Shown here in pieces: positions 34,692 to 42,384 of a stretch of DNA of 64,000 nucleotides. The first letter of the stretch is position 1. Every line of letters begins with the position of its first letter. The notes beneath the pieces were generated by a model, which had not been told where the DNA came from, did not search any database, and was given only the letters and a program-made list of their open reading frames with translations. This stretch comes from a virus, in the IMG/VR virus record IMGVR_UViG_3300046096_000525, positions 4,002 to 68,001 of that record. The stretch is one strand, 5' to 3'. The position numbers and the translations under genes were made by a program.

Positions 34692-35504
34692 ATGAAGAAA
34701 GTTTTAGTATTGTTTTTAGGATTAGTATTAGCAATGGGTATTACCTCTTGCGAGAGAGTTGCTCCAAACTATTATGGAGTATTGATGGAAAATTATGGTA
34801 AGAATGGCAAGGATGACTATTCTAAACAGCAAGGTAGAGTATCTACAATTTCTCCTGGGACTGAGTTATTTCAAGTGCCGGCATGGGAACAACGTGGACA
34901 ATTCACTGACGATGAGGGTAGAGACAGAACATTACAAGTAAAAGCCGCTGATAACACAGCCTTTACGTCTAAGCCTTTGTACTCTTATAAAGTAATTCAA
35001 AGTAAAGTTGTAGATGTAGTATTTCAAAATTCAAGATTAGGATCAGGAGATGACTTTATGAGTGCCTTACAAGATAACGTATTGGAGCCAAGGATCTACG
35101 ATATTATAAAAGAAGCATCAAGAAGTTATACAACAGAACAATTAATGGCTAATGGAGGTTCACTAAGATTTGAGCAGTATGTTCAAAATATAGTAACAAA
35201 AGAGTTTGAAAAAGCAGGTTTAGAATTAATTAGTTTCAGCTTAAACCTTGACTTCTCTAGCAAAGTAAAAGCTAAGATTGATAGCCGTAATGAAGTAAAC
35301 ACAAACATTTCAGTTTTAGATCAAGAGATCGCAGAGCAAAAGAAGAAAAATGAGTTAGAGTTACTAAAAGCAGAGCAAAATAAAATTAGAAGTGGTGGTA
35401 TTACACCTCAGCTATTGCAAGAGCAAGCTATTAAAAAGTGGAACGGTAGATTGCCAAACACATACTCTGGAGGCTCGTTACCTTTTGTAAAAGCAGTTAA
35501 CTAA
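34692..35504 (+). CDS. SPFH/band-7 domain lipoprotein
   Basis: Lipoprotein signal MKKVLVLFLGLVLAMGITSC; central region and C-terminal coiled coil (EIAEQKKKNELELLKAEQNKI) fit stomatin/prohibitin-like architecture. Confidence 0.5.
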   Translation: MKKVLVLFLGLVLAMGITSCERVAPNYYGVLMENYGKNGKDDYSKQQGRVSTISPGTELFQVPAWEQRGQFTDDEGRDRTLQVKAADNTAFTSKPLYSYKVIQSKVVDVVFQNSRLGSGDDFMSALQDNVLEPRIYDIIKEASRSYTTEQLMANGGSLRFEQYVQNIVTKEFEKAGLELISFSLNLDFSSKVKAKIDSRNEVNTNISVLDQEIAEQKKKNELELLKAEQNKIRSGGITPQLLQEQAIKKWNGRLPNTYSGGSLPFVKAVN

Positions 35505-35589
35505 TAAAAGTATTTAAGATTCGAGGCTCAGTCAGTTGACTTGAGCACGCTACCTCGGACCTTGACAAGTGCCCCCACATGGGGGAAAT

Positions 35590-35746
35590 GATTGAGTGGC
35601 GGAATATGGCACTAGCTAAGGGTTTTACCGATAGCTAATGTCTTGGTAAACGCAAGGAGGGCAAAGAAGTTTGTACACAACTGCTGTGAGAGAGGATATT
35701 GCCTGTTGAACTCTCACATTTACAGGTTCGATCCCTGTCTCAATCA
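35590..35746 (+). ncRNA. tRNA-like element with 7-bp acceptor stem (GATTGAG/CTCAATC), canonical T-arm ACAGG-TTCGATC-CCTGT, but ~110-nt insertion containing several hairpins
   Basis: Read by eye; internal hairpins TAGCTA..TAGCTA, TCTTG-GTAAACG-CAAGG, GTGAGAG..CTCTCAC; too long for a canonical tRNA. Confidence 0.3.
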
Positions 35747-35783
35747 CGAAATGATTTGTTGATATATTATTGAAATTGAACAA

Positions 35784-35813
35784 GACGGGGCTTCGATGCC
35801 CCCACCTCCACAA
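35784..35813 (+). ncRNA. ssrA: putative tmRNA acceptor piece 3' module (T-arm GGGGC-TTCGAT-GCCCC + acceptor 3' strand CACCTCC + discriminator A)
   Basis: GACGGGGCTTCGATGCCCCCACCTCCA parallels the conserved tmRNA 3' end (E. coli GGACGGGGGTTCAACTCCCCCCAGCTCCACCA); true 5' boundary of the acceptor piece (P2 partner TTATTG ~35770) uncertain. Confidence 0.45.
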
Positions 35814-35880
35814 AAGTTTCCTTGAACTATAAACAAGGTGGTGGAGTCGCTGAGAAATCAGAGACCTAGGCTTTATCGGT

Positions 35881-35896
35881 TGTGCCTTAAACAGCC
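35881..35896 (+). repeat. 16-nt repeat TGTGCCTTAAACAGCC (copy 2; copy 1 at 14836-14851) inside the presumptive excised loop of the permuted tmRNA precursor
   Basis: Exact repeat. Confidence 0.6.
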
Positions 35897-35904
35897 GGTG
35901 TCAT

Positions 35905-36046
35905 GGGGGTGACAGGTATTGATTGGCAATAAGTAGGTAATAGGGAGAATTAATTTCAAAACTAAACGACAACGTTTACACACTTGGTGGGGTGCAAAAA
36001 AGATTTGCAGCCTAACACGCCTTAGGGGAGCGAAATCCCCTAAATT
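35905..36046 (+). ncRNA. ssrA: putative tmRNA coding piece: 5' acceptor strand GGGGGTG (pairs 7/7 with CACCTCC incl. G3-U70), tag reading frame 35944-36015 (GELISKLNDNVYTLGGVQKRFAA-stop), 3' hairpin GGGGA-GCGAAA-TCCCC
   Basis: 5' end GGGGGTGACAGGTATTGATTGG resembles tmRNA 5' GGGGCUGAUUCUGGAUUCG; tag frame opens right after a UAG, begins GE (as Bacteroidetes tags GENNYALAA) and ends AA; CAATAAG complementary to upstream TTATTG (P2-like). Confidence 0.45.
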
Positions 36047-36120
36047 GGACTTATAGCTCAGTTGGTTAGAGCAGTGCACTCATAATGCAAAGGTCGTATG
36101 TTCGAGTCATACTTGGTCCA
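36047..36120 (+). tRNA. tRNA-Met (or Ile2) with CAU anticodon, 74 nt, no encoded CCA
   Basis: Manual cloverleaf: acceptor GGACTTA/TTGGTCC (one T-T mismatch, one G-U), D-arm GCTC-AGTTGGTTA-GAGC, anticodon arm GTGCA-CTCATAA-TGCAA, T-arm GTATG-TTCGAGT-CATAC, discriminator A. Confidence 0.7.
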
Positions 36121-36267
36121 CTTAGCAAGGCATAAACGATAAGGAATACTCGTCACAGGTTTATGTTAAGTTGCAGACGGGCCGAAATGCTTACGGTTAA
36201 CGGGGCTAACTCATATAGTCCAGAGAGCAAAATCTAACGAGTGACTGATAGGAAAGACTATCAAAAT

Positions 36268-36370
36268 TGTCAGGTGGCGGAATTGGTAGACGCAGGAGTC
36301 CTCAAAACTCCCCGTAAGATGCAGCGAGAGCTTTGACCATCTCATACAGGTTCGAGACCTGTCCTGACAA
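36268..36370 (+). tRNA. tRNA-like gene (Leu-type D-arm TGGCGGAATTGGTAGACGC) with anticodon arm GGAGT-CCTCAAA-ACTCC (UCA at 34-36, C33) and 34-nt variable region; possible opal-suppressor-like or degenerate class II tRNA
   Basis: Acceptor TGTCAGG/CCTGACA perfect 7 bp, T-arm ACAGG-TTCGAGA-CCTGT, discriminator A; oversized variable region and C33 are atypical. Confidence 0.35.
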
Positions 36371-36548
36371 CAATGGTTATGAGCAACGTGCCCCAGAATT
36401 TCACAATGTTGACTGATGGAAAGACATCAAATGGAAGAGTAGCAGATAAGGTCGCCCCTGAACTGTGAGTGGGATTAATGATGACTTAATATTACTGCCC
36501 AATATACTAGGTAAAGCATGGTAAGTGATTAAGTATGTAGTTAACATC

Positions 36549-36573
36549 GAAGGTTCGATTCCTTCCTCTTTTA
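36549..36573 (+). other. tRNA 3'-end-like module (T-arm GAAGG-TTCGATT-CCTTC + CTCTTTT + A); possible partner GGAAGAG at 36433-36439 would give a 141-nt element
   Basis: Canonical T-loop; 5' half not confidently identified. Confidence 0.25.
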
Positions 36574-36615
36574 CTAAAGTTAAAAAAATTTTATTGAAAA
36601 AAAGATTTAACTAAT

Positions 36616-36646
36616 TTTGTTTTACAGAATTAATTTATTATCTTTG
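36616..36646 (+). promoter_or_regulatory. sigma-A-type promoter TTTG(36616-36619)-N19-TATCTTTG(36639-36646)
   Basis: Consensus match upstream of nrdB ATG 36727. Confidence 0.55.
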
Positions 36647-36726
36647 CACCTCAATAATAAGTATCTCTTTTAATTAGGGGGTACTTTTTTTTACCTTTAA
36701 TAATTAATAAAAACAAAAAAATCAAA

Positions 36727-37704
36727 ATGAGTATCTTCACAGAAAGAAAGAATTACAAGCCGTTTGAGTACAGCGGAATTACAGACCCACTTATCAATGC
36801 AATGTGGTCTAGTCATTGGACACACAATGAGTTTAACTTCTTGAATGACATTCAAGACTACAAGACAAAGTTAACAGAGGAAGAACAAGGAGTAGTTAAA
36901 AGAGCCATACTACTTACCTCACAAGTAGAGGTTGCAGTTAAGTCTTATTGGTCGAGTATAGGTAAACTGTTACCTAAGCCAGAGATAGCAGACATGGGGG
37001 CAGTGTTTGGCGGAGTAGAAGTAGTACACTCAAAAGCTTATGCGGAGATTTTGTCTAAGCTAGGATTAGAAGAGCAGTTTGAAGATCTTTTTACAGAGCC
37101 GGTAATTGTAGGTAGAGTAGCTTATTTAACTAAGTACATCAACAAGATCTATAAGAATGACCACAAAAATATTTGTTATTCTTTAGTACTATTCACTTTG
37201 TTTACTGAGTACACAGCTTTATTTTCACAGTTCTACACTATCCTAGGGTTTAACAGATTTAGAGGAGTTTTGAAAGATGTAGCAAATGTTGTTCAATACA
37301 CTTCAAAAGAAGAGAATTTACACGCAGAAGGTGGTATTGCATTATTAAACCAAATTAGAGCAGAGCATCCAGAGTTATTTGATGAAGAGTTCATACAAAA
37401 AATACAAAGCGAAGTTCTAGAGGCATACAAAGCTGAGTCAGATTTGATTGATTGGATCCTAGAGGGTTACGAAAATGATTTCTTATCAGCAAGAATATTA
37501 AAAGGTTACGTTCAAATAAGATTAAACGATGCTTTACAAAAGATTGGAATGGAACCGGCTTTCACAGTAGACTCTGATATTAAAGAGCAGACACTATGGA
37601 TGGAAGAAGAGGTTTACGCAAGTGCCTTGACAGACTTCTTTCACAAGAAGCCTATTGATTACAGTAAGAAAATGAAAACATATAACGAAGACGATTTATT
37701 TTAA
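36727..37704 (+). CDS. nrdB: ribonucleotide reductase class I small subunit (R2/beta)
   Basis: Di-iron ligand regions VEVVHSKAYAEIL and SKEENLHAEGG; C-terminal tail ...YNEDDLF typical of R2 docking peptide; 325 aa. Confidence 0.8.
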   Translation: MSIFTERKNYKPFEYSGITDPLINAMWSSHWTHNEFNFLNDIQDYKTKLTEEEQGVVKRAILLTSQVEVAVKSYWSSIGKLLPKPEIADMGAVFGGVEVVHSKAYAEILSKLGLEEQFEDLFTEPVIVGRVAYLTKYINKIYKNDHKNICYSLVLFTLFTEYTALFSQFYTILGFNRFRGVLKDVANVVQYTSKEENLHAEGGIALLNQIRAEHPELFDEEFIQKIQSEVLEAYKAESDLIDWILEGYENDFLSARILKGYVQIRLNDALQKIGMEPAFTVDSDIKEQTLWMEEEVYASALTDFFHKKPIDYSKKMKTYNEDDLF

Positions 37705-37705
37705 G

Positions 37706-39352
37706 ATGGGAGATTTTAGTTGGTTAAACAAAGATTCAAGAACTTTTCTAGAGAAAGATTATTTATTAGAGGGTGTTACCCCCGAAGATCGTATTAGAGA
37801 GATAGCTGATACGGCAGAGAATATCCTAGGTATTGAAGGATTTTCAGACAAATTCTATGACTATATGGGTAGAGGTTTCTACTCTTTGGCTACACCGGTT
37901 TGGATGAACTTTGGTTTAGATAGAGGTTTACCTATCTCATGTTATGGTATAGACATTCAAGATGATACCATGGATATTTTAAGAGCAACAGCAGAGATTG
38001 GTGCTTTAACAAAGATGGGTGGAGGTACTGCCGGATACTTTGGTAAGCTAAGAGGTAGAGGTGCCCCTATTAAGAACAATGGTGTATCTAATGGAGCAGT
38101 TAGCTTTTTACTACCTTTCCAAACTACAACAGATGTTATTACACAAGGACAAGCACGTAGAGGTTACTTTGCAGCTTATCTTCCTGTGGATCACCCAGAT
38201 ATCGAGGAGTTCTTACAATGTAGAAACGAAGGTCATATTATCCAAAACATTGCTCTAGGAGTTTGTATTCCAGATGAATGGATGGAGTCAGCAGAGGCCG
38301 GAGATAAAGACAAGAGAAAGATCTTAGCTAAGATCCACCAAAAAAGAGCTGAGTCAGGGTTCCCTTACATATTCTTTAGTGGTAATGTTAACAATAACAA
38401 GCCAAAAGTTTATAAGGATAAAGGTATGGAGATCAATCACTCTCAGATGTGTACAGAGATCTTAGAATACACAGATGAACACAAATCTTTTGTTTGTTGT
38501 TTATCTTCTATTAACTTGTTACATTGGGACGAGATTGTTGAGACTGATGCAGTAGAGACTTTAGCTTATTTCTTAGATGCAGTTTACTCTGAGTTCATTC
38601 AGAAAGCAGACGGTATCCCTTTTATGGAGAAAGCTTTATTGTTCGCCAAAGAACACAGAAGTATTGGTATTGGAGTTCTTGGATGGCACAGTTTATTACA
38701 ATCTAAGCTTATCCCTTTTGAGGGCCTAGAGGCTAAGATGTTGAATGCTGAAATTTTCAGAACTATCAATGATAAGAGTTTAATTGCTAGTATGCAGTTG
38801 GCTACTATGTTTGGGGAGCCAGAAATGTTAAAAGGTTATGGACAAAGATTTACTACTAGATTGGCAATTGCCCCTACGACTAGTTCTTCTTTTATTCTAG
38901 GACAAGTTAGCCCTAGTATTGAGCCATTACAATCAAACTATTTCATTAAAGATTTGGCCAAAGGTAAGTTTGTTTACAGAAACCCTTACTTAAAAAAGTT
39001 ATTAAAAGATAAAGATCAAGATACACCAGAGGTTTGGAACAGCATCCTTTTAAAAGGAGGTTCTGTACAACACTTAGATATCTTAGACGAAAAAGAAAAG
39101 TTTGTATTCAAGACTTTTGGAGAGATCAGCCAACTAGAGATAGTTCAACAAGCTGCTCAGAGACAGAAGTTTATAGATCAAGGTCAGTCATTGAATTTAA
39201 TGATACACCCTGAGACATCTTTGAAAGATGTGAATGCTTTGTTTTTTGAAGCATGGAACCTAGGAATTAAAACTTTATACTACCAAAGAAGTGTTAATAT
39301 GGCACAAGAGGTTAGTAGAAACCTTATGGAGTGTTCTAGCTGTGAAGGCTAA
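37706..39352 (+). CDS. nrdA: ribonucleotide reductase class I large subunit (R1/alpha), short form without ATP cone
   Basis: Active-site SQMCTEI (NxCxE), C-terminal CSSCEG redox cysteine pair; adjacent to nrdB. Confidence 0.8.
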   Translation: MGDFSWLNKDSRTFLEKDYLLEGVTPEDRIREIADTAENILGIEGFSDKFYDYMGRGFYSLATPVWMNFGLDRGLPISCYGIDIQDDTMDILRATAEIGALTKMGGGTAGYFGKLRGRGAPIKNNGVSNGAVSFLLPFQTTTDVITQGQARRGYFAAYLPVDHPDIEEFLQCRNEGHIIQNIALGVCIPDEWMESAEAGDKDKRKILAKIHQKRAESGFPYIFFSGNVNNNKPKVYKDKGMEINHSQMCTEILEYTDEHKSFVCCLSSINLLHWDEIVETDAVETLAYFLDAVYSEFIQKADGIPFMEKALLFAKEHRSIGIGVLGWHSLLQSKLIPFEGLEAKMLNAEIFRTINDKSLIASMQLATMFGEPEMLKGYGQRFTTRLAIAPTTSSSFILGQVSPSIEPLQSNYFIKDLAKGKFVYRNPYLKKLLKDKDQDTPEVWNSILLKGGSVQHLDILDEKEKFVFKTFGEISQLEIVQQAAQRQKFIDQGQSLNLMIHPETSLKDVNALFFEAWNLGIKTLYYQRSVNMAQEVSRNLMECSSCEG

Positions 39353-39380
39353 TTAATTTTCTATTATTTTTTTGTTTTTG

Positions 39381-39407
39381 ACCCTCTAGAAATAGAGGGT
39401 TTTTTTA
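39381..39407 (+). terminator. rho-independent terminator ACCCTCTA-GAAA-TAGAGGGT + T7
   Basis: Perfect 8-bp stem, GAAA loop, T-run; 28 nt after nrdA stop. Confidence 0.75.
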
Positions 39408-39433
39408 TGGAGTTAAAAAAAGTTTAACTTTTT

Positions 39434-39465
39434 CTTGCACATGTTAAATATTATACGTAATTTTG
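39434..39465 (+). promoter_or_regulatory. sigma-A-type promoter CTTG(39434-39437)-N20-TAATTTTG(39458-39465)
   Basis: Consensus match upstream of ATG 39492. Confidence 0.55.
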
Positions 39466-39491
39466 CATAGTAGAATTAAAACATTAAACTT

Positions 39492-39770
39492 ATGGATTTA
39501 AAAACTAAAATACAAAAAAGTTTAGATAGCCACAGAGAGGTTGAACTTAAGTACCCAAACAGGTATAAAGAGATACATAAAGTACCTTGTAAAAACTGCC
39601 CTAGTGTTATTAATAAACTTACCGGCACTGTTGATCCTGAGAACGAGGAAGTAAAGTTGTTTACCAGACAAGAGCAAATAAAAACAGTATTTCCTTGTGG
39701 TTGGAGACCGTCTAAGTTATGTAAGGGTTACTGTGATGATTTTAGTATTAAAGAAGGAGATTTAGTGTAA
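39492..39770 (+). CDS. hypothetical Cys-containing protein (92 aa)
   Basis: ORF track. Confidence 0.45.
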   Translation: MDLKTKIQKSLDSHREVELKYPNRYKEIHKVPCKNCPSVINKLTGTVDPENEEVKLFTRQEQIKTVFPCGWRPSKLCKGYCDDFSIKEGDLV

Positions 39771-39786
39771 TTAAAAAGACAATATT

Positions 39787-40401
39787 ATGGTATACAAATT
39801 TAACAATGAGAGTTTACTTTTTGAAAGAACTTACAAACTATTAAAGTACAAAGTGATAACTACTGTACTTCTATTAGCCCTTGGAGGCACACTTATTTCA
39901 GCTATGAAGTTAGTGACAGAAAAAGAACACCTAGAGAAGGTTGTGAAGCAGAAAGAAAAAAGGATTGCTTTAATAAAGGCACCCCTAAGAGAAGAAACTT
40001 ATGTGGAAGATCTTAAGAGTAACATAGGTTTTAGCCTTACAGCAGATCAGTATGCTACCTTTAAAAGACTGTCTTTGAAGTACAGAGATAAAATAGAAGA
40101 GGCTAAAATACCTGCAACACTTGTTTGGTGGGTATCTTATAAAGAGAGCAGGTTTGATGTAGATGCAAAGAACGATCACTCTACAGCTAAAGGCCAATTC
40201 CAATTCTTAGAGGGTACTTGGAATGAGATGTGTAAGTTAAAGGGTACTAGCAAAAGAGGTAGATTTAACGAAGAAAAACAAGTAGACATTATGATAACCT
40301 ACTTGAACTACCTATACAACAAGTACGGTAATTGGGAACAAGTTATGAAGGAGTACCATGGGGGTAACTACCAATACCCTGTTAAATTTTTATTAAAGTA
40401 A
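39787..40401 (+). CDS. membrane-anchored lytic transglycosylase (SLT domain); candidate endolysin or virion peptidoglycan hydrolase
   Basis: N-terminal TM VITTVLLLALGGTLISAM; SLT catalytic region VWWVSYKESRFDVDAKNDHSTAKGQFQFLEGTW (E-S...GLMQ-like). Confidence 0.6.
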   Translation: MVYKFNNESLLFERTYKLLKYKVITTVLLLALGGTLISAMKLVTEKEHLEKVVKQKEKRIALIKAPLREETYVEDLKSNIGFSLTADQYATFKRLSLKYRDKIEEAKIPATLVWWVSYKESRFDVDAKNDHSTAKGQFQFLEGTWNEMCKLKGTSKRGRFNEEKQVDIMITYLNYLYNKYGNWEQVMKEYHGGNYQYPVKFLLK

Positions 40402-40404
40402 AGT

Positions 40405-40680
40405 ATGAAACAAGAAGAACCTAAACAACACGTAGAGTTTATAAACAATAATATAGACCAACTTGATAAGGCAATAGAATCTTTTAAACAAGAAACACTT
40501 GAAGAAGCTGCTGTAAAATGGATTGAAAAAAAATATAAACAAGAAAGTTTAAGTTTTTTAGATTGCATAGAATTTGGTGCTAAATGGCAACAAGAACAAA
40601 TAGGTAACTCAGAAGTGATACAAAGAATAAGAGCAAGTAAGTCGGATGCCGAAGCAAGAAGAATAATTAGAACAACTTAG
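40405..40680 (+). CDS. hypothetical protein (91 aa)
   Basis: ORF track. Confidence 0.45.
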   Translation: MKQEEPKQHVEFINNNIDQLDKAIESFKQETLEEAAVKWIEKKYKQESLSFLDCIEFGAKWQQEQIGNSEVIQRIRASKSDAEARRIIRTT

Positions 40681-40685
40681 AAGAA

Positions 40686-41294
40686 ATGATAAATAATTTA
40701 GAACTAATAAAACCTCTGTTAAACTTCTCAGAGAAGGGGGACTTTTACATGCTGTACGTTTTTAAACGTAAGAAAGATCAGCCAGAAGGAGAAAGAGATA
40801 ACCACCAATCAGTGCGTACTATTAAAACATACTGTATTGAGAGCCTAGAGCACTTAGATAGAAGATATGATGAGATAGTCCAACTGTGTGAGATGTTTAA
40901 AGCACGGGCTTATATTCACGTACAGAAGCAGAACCATTTTGATGTATCTCTGAATATGATGGTTGCACTAGCACAACGTATACAAAACGGAAATAATAAT
41001 CAGAAAGGGTTGTTTGATTCAGTTGTAGGACAGATTAAGACACAAGAGAAAAGGTGGATTATTGATATTGATGAAAAGGTAATTAGCCCCTTAATGTTAG
41101 CCCATTTAGAGCATAATTGTAAACCCTTTGGGGACAAGATTATTTCTATAATTCCAACTAAAAATGGGAATCATCTTATTACTGAGAGGTTTGATGCACT
41201 AACGTTTAGCAAGCTTTTCCCAAACATCGACATTCAGAAGAAGAACCCAACATTATTATATTACCCAAATTCATTAGAAATAAATAACAAGTAA
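40686..41294 (+). CDS. hypothetical protein (202 aa)
   Basis: ORF track. Confidence 0.5.
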   Translation: MINNLELIKPLLNFSEKGDFYMLYVFKRKKDQPEGERDNHQSVRTIKTYCIESLEHLDRRYDEIVQLCEMFKARAYIHVQKQNHFDVSLNMMVALAQRIQNGNNNQKGLFDSVVGQIKTQEKRWIIDIDEKVISPLMLAHLEHNCKPFGDKIISIIPTKNGNHLITERFDALTFSKLFPNIDIQKKNPTLLYYPNSLEINNK

Positions 41295-41297
41295 GAT

Positions 41298-41507
41298 ATG
41301 GCAGAGTTTACATTGAAATTAAAAACCTTAAGTGCAGTAAAAGAGAATACTAAGACTTTACTTGAGCACTATAAAAAAAGGGAAATATCAAAAGAGGATA
41401 TCCTAGAGTTAGAGCAAGAGGCAATACAAGATGAAGAGTATGAGGTTGCAATTTCAATAAAGGAAGTCCTTGATTACATAGACAAAGAAACACTTAAAAA
41501 CAAATAA
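41298..41507 (+). CDS. hypothetical protein (69 aa)
   Basis: ORF track. Confidence 0.4.
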   Translation: MAEFTLKLKTLSAVKENTKTLLEHYKKREISKEDILELEQEAIQDEEYEVAISIKEVLDYIDKETLKNK

Positions 41508-41510
41508 GAT

Positions 41511-41678
41511 ATGGAAAGAGATAAAGAGATATCTATATTAATTGACTATTTAAAAAACGATGTTAGAACAACAGCTAATACCTACCCGAGTTTATTATCT
41601 GATACTATTGTTAAGAACGGTAAGCTTATAGAAGCTTATAAAATAGAATTAGAACAATTTAAAAAAAATAAGATATGA
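41511..41678 (+). CDS. small hypothetical protein (55 aa)
   Basis: Own read: ATG 3 nt after previous stop; TGA overlaps next ATG. Confidence 0.3.
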   Translation: MERDKEISILIDYLKNDVRTTANTYPSLLSDTIVKNGKLIEAYKIELEQFKKNKI

Positions 41679-41875
41679 TGGGAGCCTTTCATTGCCCACA
41701 CTGTGGGACTAAAAATGCATGCGATTGTAAAACATGCGAGCCTTATATAAAAGAGGGAGAGTACATAAATAAATGGACTGAGGACGGAGAGGCACACATT
41801 TGTGGAAAGTGTAACAAAGTGTATAGCCCAGACCAGTGCTTAGACGAAGAATTTAAACAAAGAAATAAGTTATGA
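41675..41875 (+). CDS. zinc-ribbon protein (CPHCG...CDCKTC...CGKC)
   Basis: ORF track; four Cys pairs. Confidence 0.4.
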   Translation: MMGAFHCPHCGTKNACDCKTCEPYIKEGEYINKWTEDGEAHICGKCNKVYSPDQCLDEEFKQRNKL

Positions 41876-42384
41876 GTACATTTTTTATATCAGACCTACA
41901 TCTAGGTCACCAGAATATGGCTATAAAGAGGGGGTTTACCTGTGCAGATGATATGAATAATCATATCATTAAGTGCTGGAACTCTGTTATAAGCAAGAGG
42001 GATTTAGTTTATATCCTTGGAGATGTAACTATGGAGAAAGTCAGAGACTATCCTCTACTTCTAGAACTGAAAGGGGAAAAGACAGTTGTTCTTGGTAACC
42101 ATGATGAGCCTCAGCACGCTAGAGAGCTTCTTAAGTATGTAAATAAAGTTGCCGGAATGATTGATTACAAAGGGAATTCTATATTGACACATTGTCCTAT
42201 ACATCCTAGCCAACTAGATTATAGATACAGCTACAATATCCATGGGCATGTTCATGAGAATAGTGTATTAGATATTTATGAAGATCCAAAATTTAAAATA
42301 TTAGATCCTAGGTATATAAATGTATCTTGTGAAGTAGTAAATTATACACCGGTAGAATATTCAGTTTTAATAAACAAGTTATGA
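41872..42384 (+). CDS. calcineurin-like metallophosphoesterase (lambda-phosphatase-like)
   Basis: FFISDLHLGHQN (DxH), ILGDVTME (GD), VVLGNHDEP (GNHD/E), HGHVHEN (GHxH). Confidence 0.65.
   Translation: MSTFFISDLHLGHQNMAIKRGFTCADDMNNHIIKCWNSVISKRDLVYILGDVTMEKVRDYPLLLELKGEKTVVLGNHDEPQHARELLKYVNKVAGMIDYKGNSILTHCPIHPSQLDYRYSYNIHGHVHENSVLDIYEDPKFKILDPRYINVSCEVVNYTPVEYSVLINKL

Noticed and set aside
35625-36079. Two minus-strand ORFs (35625-35813, 35873-36079) inside the RNA-gene island
   Set aside because: They run antisense across the tmRNA pieces and the tRNA-Met. Arg/Cys-rich artefactual translations of structured RNA genes.
35905-36300. Standard one-piece tmRNA starting at GGGGGTG (35905)
   Set aside because: A one-piece gene needs a T-arm plus CACCTCC-type acceptor strand 250-350 nt downstream. 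That space is occupied by tRNA-Met and non-matching sequence. The only matching T-arm/acceptor lies upstream, hence the permuted interpretation.
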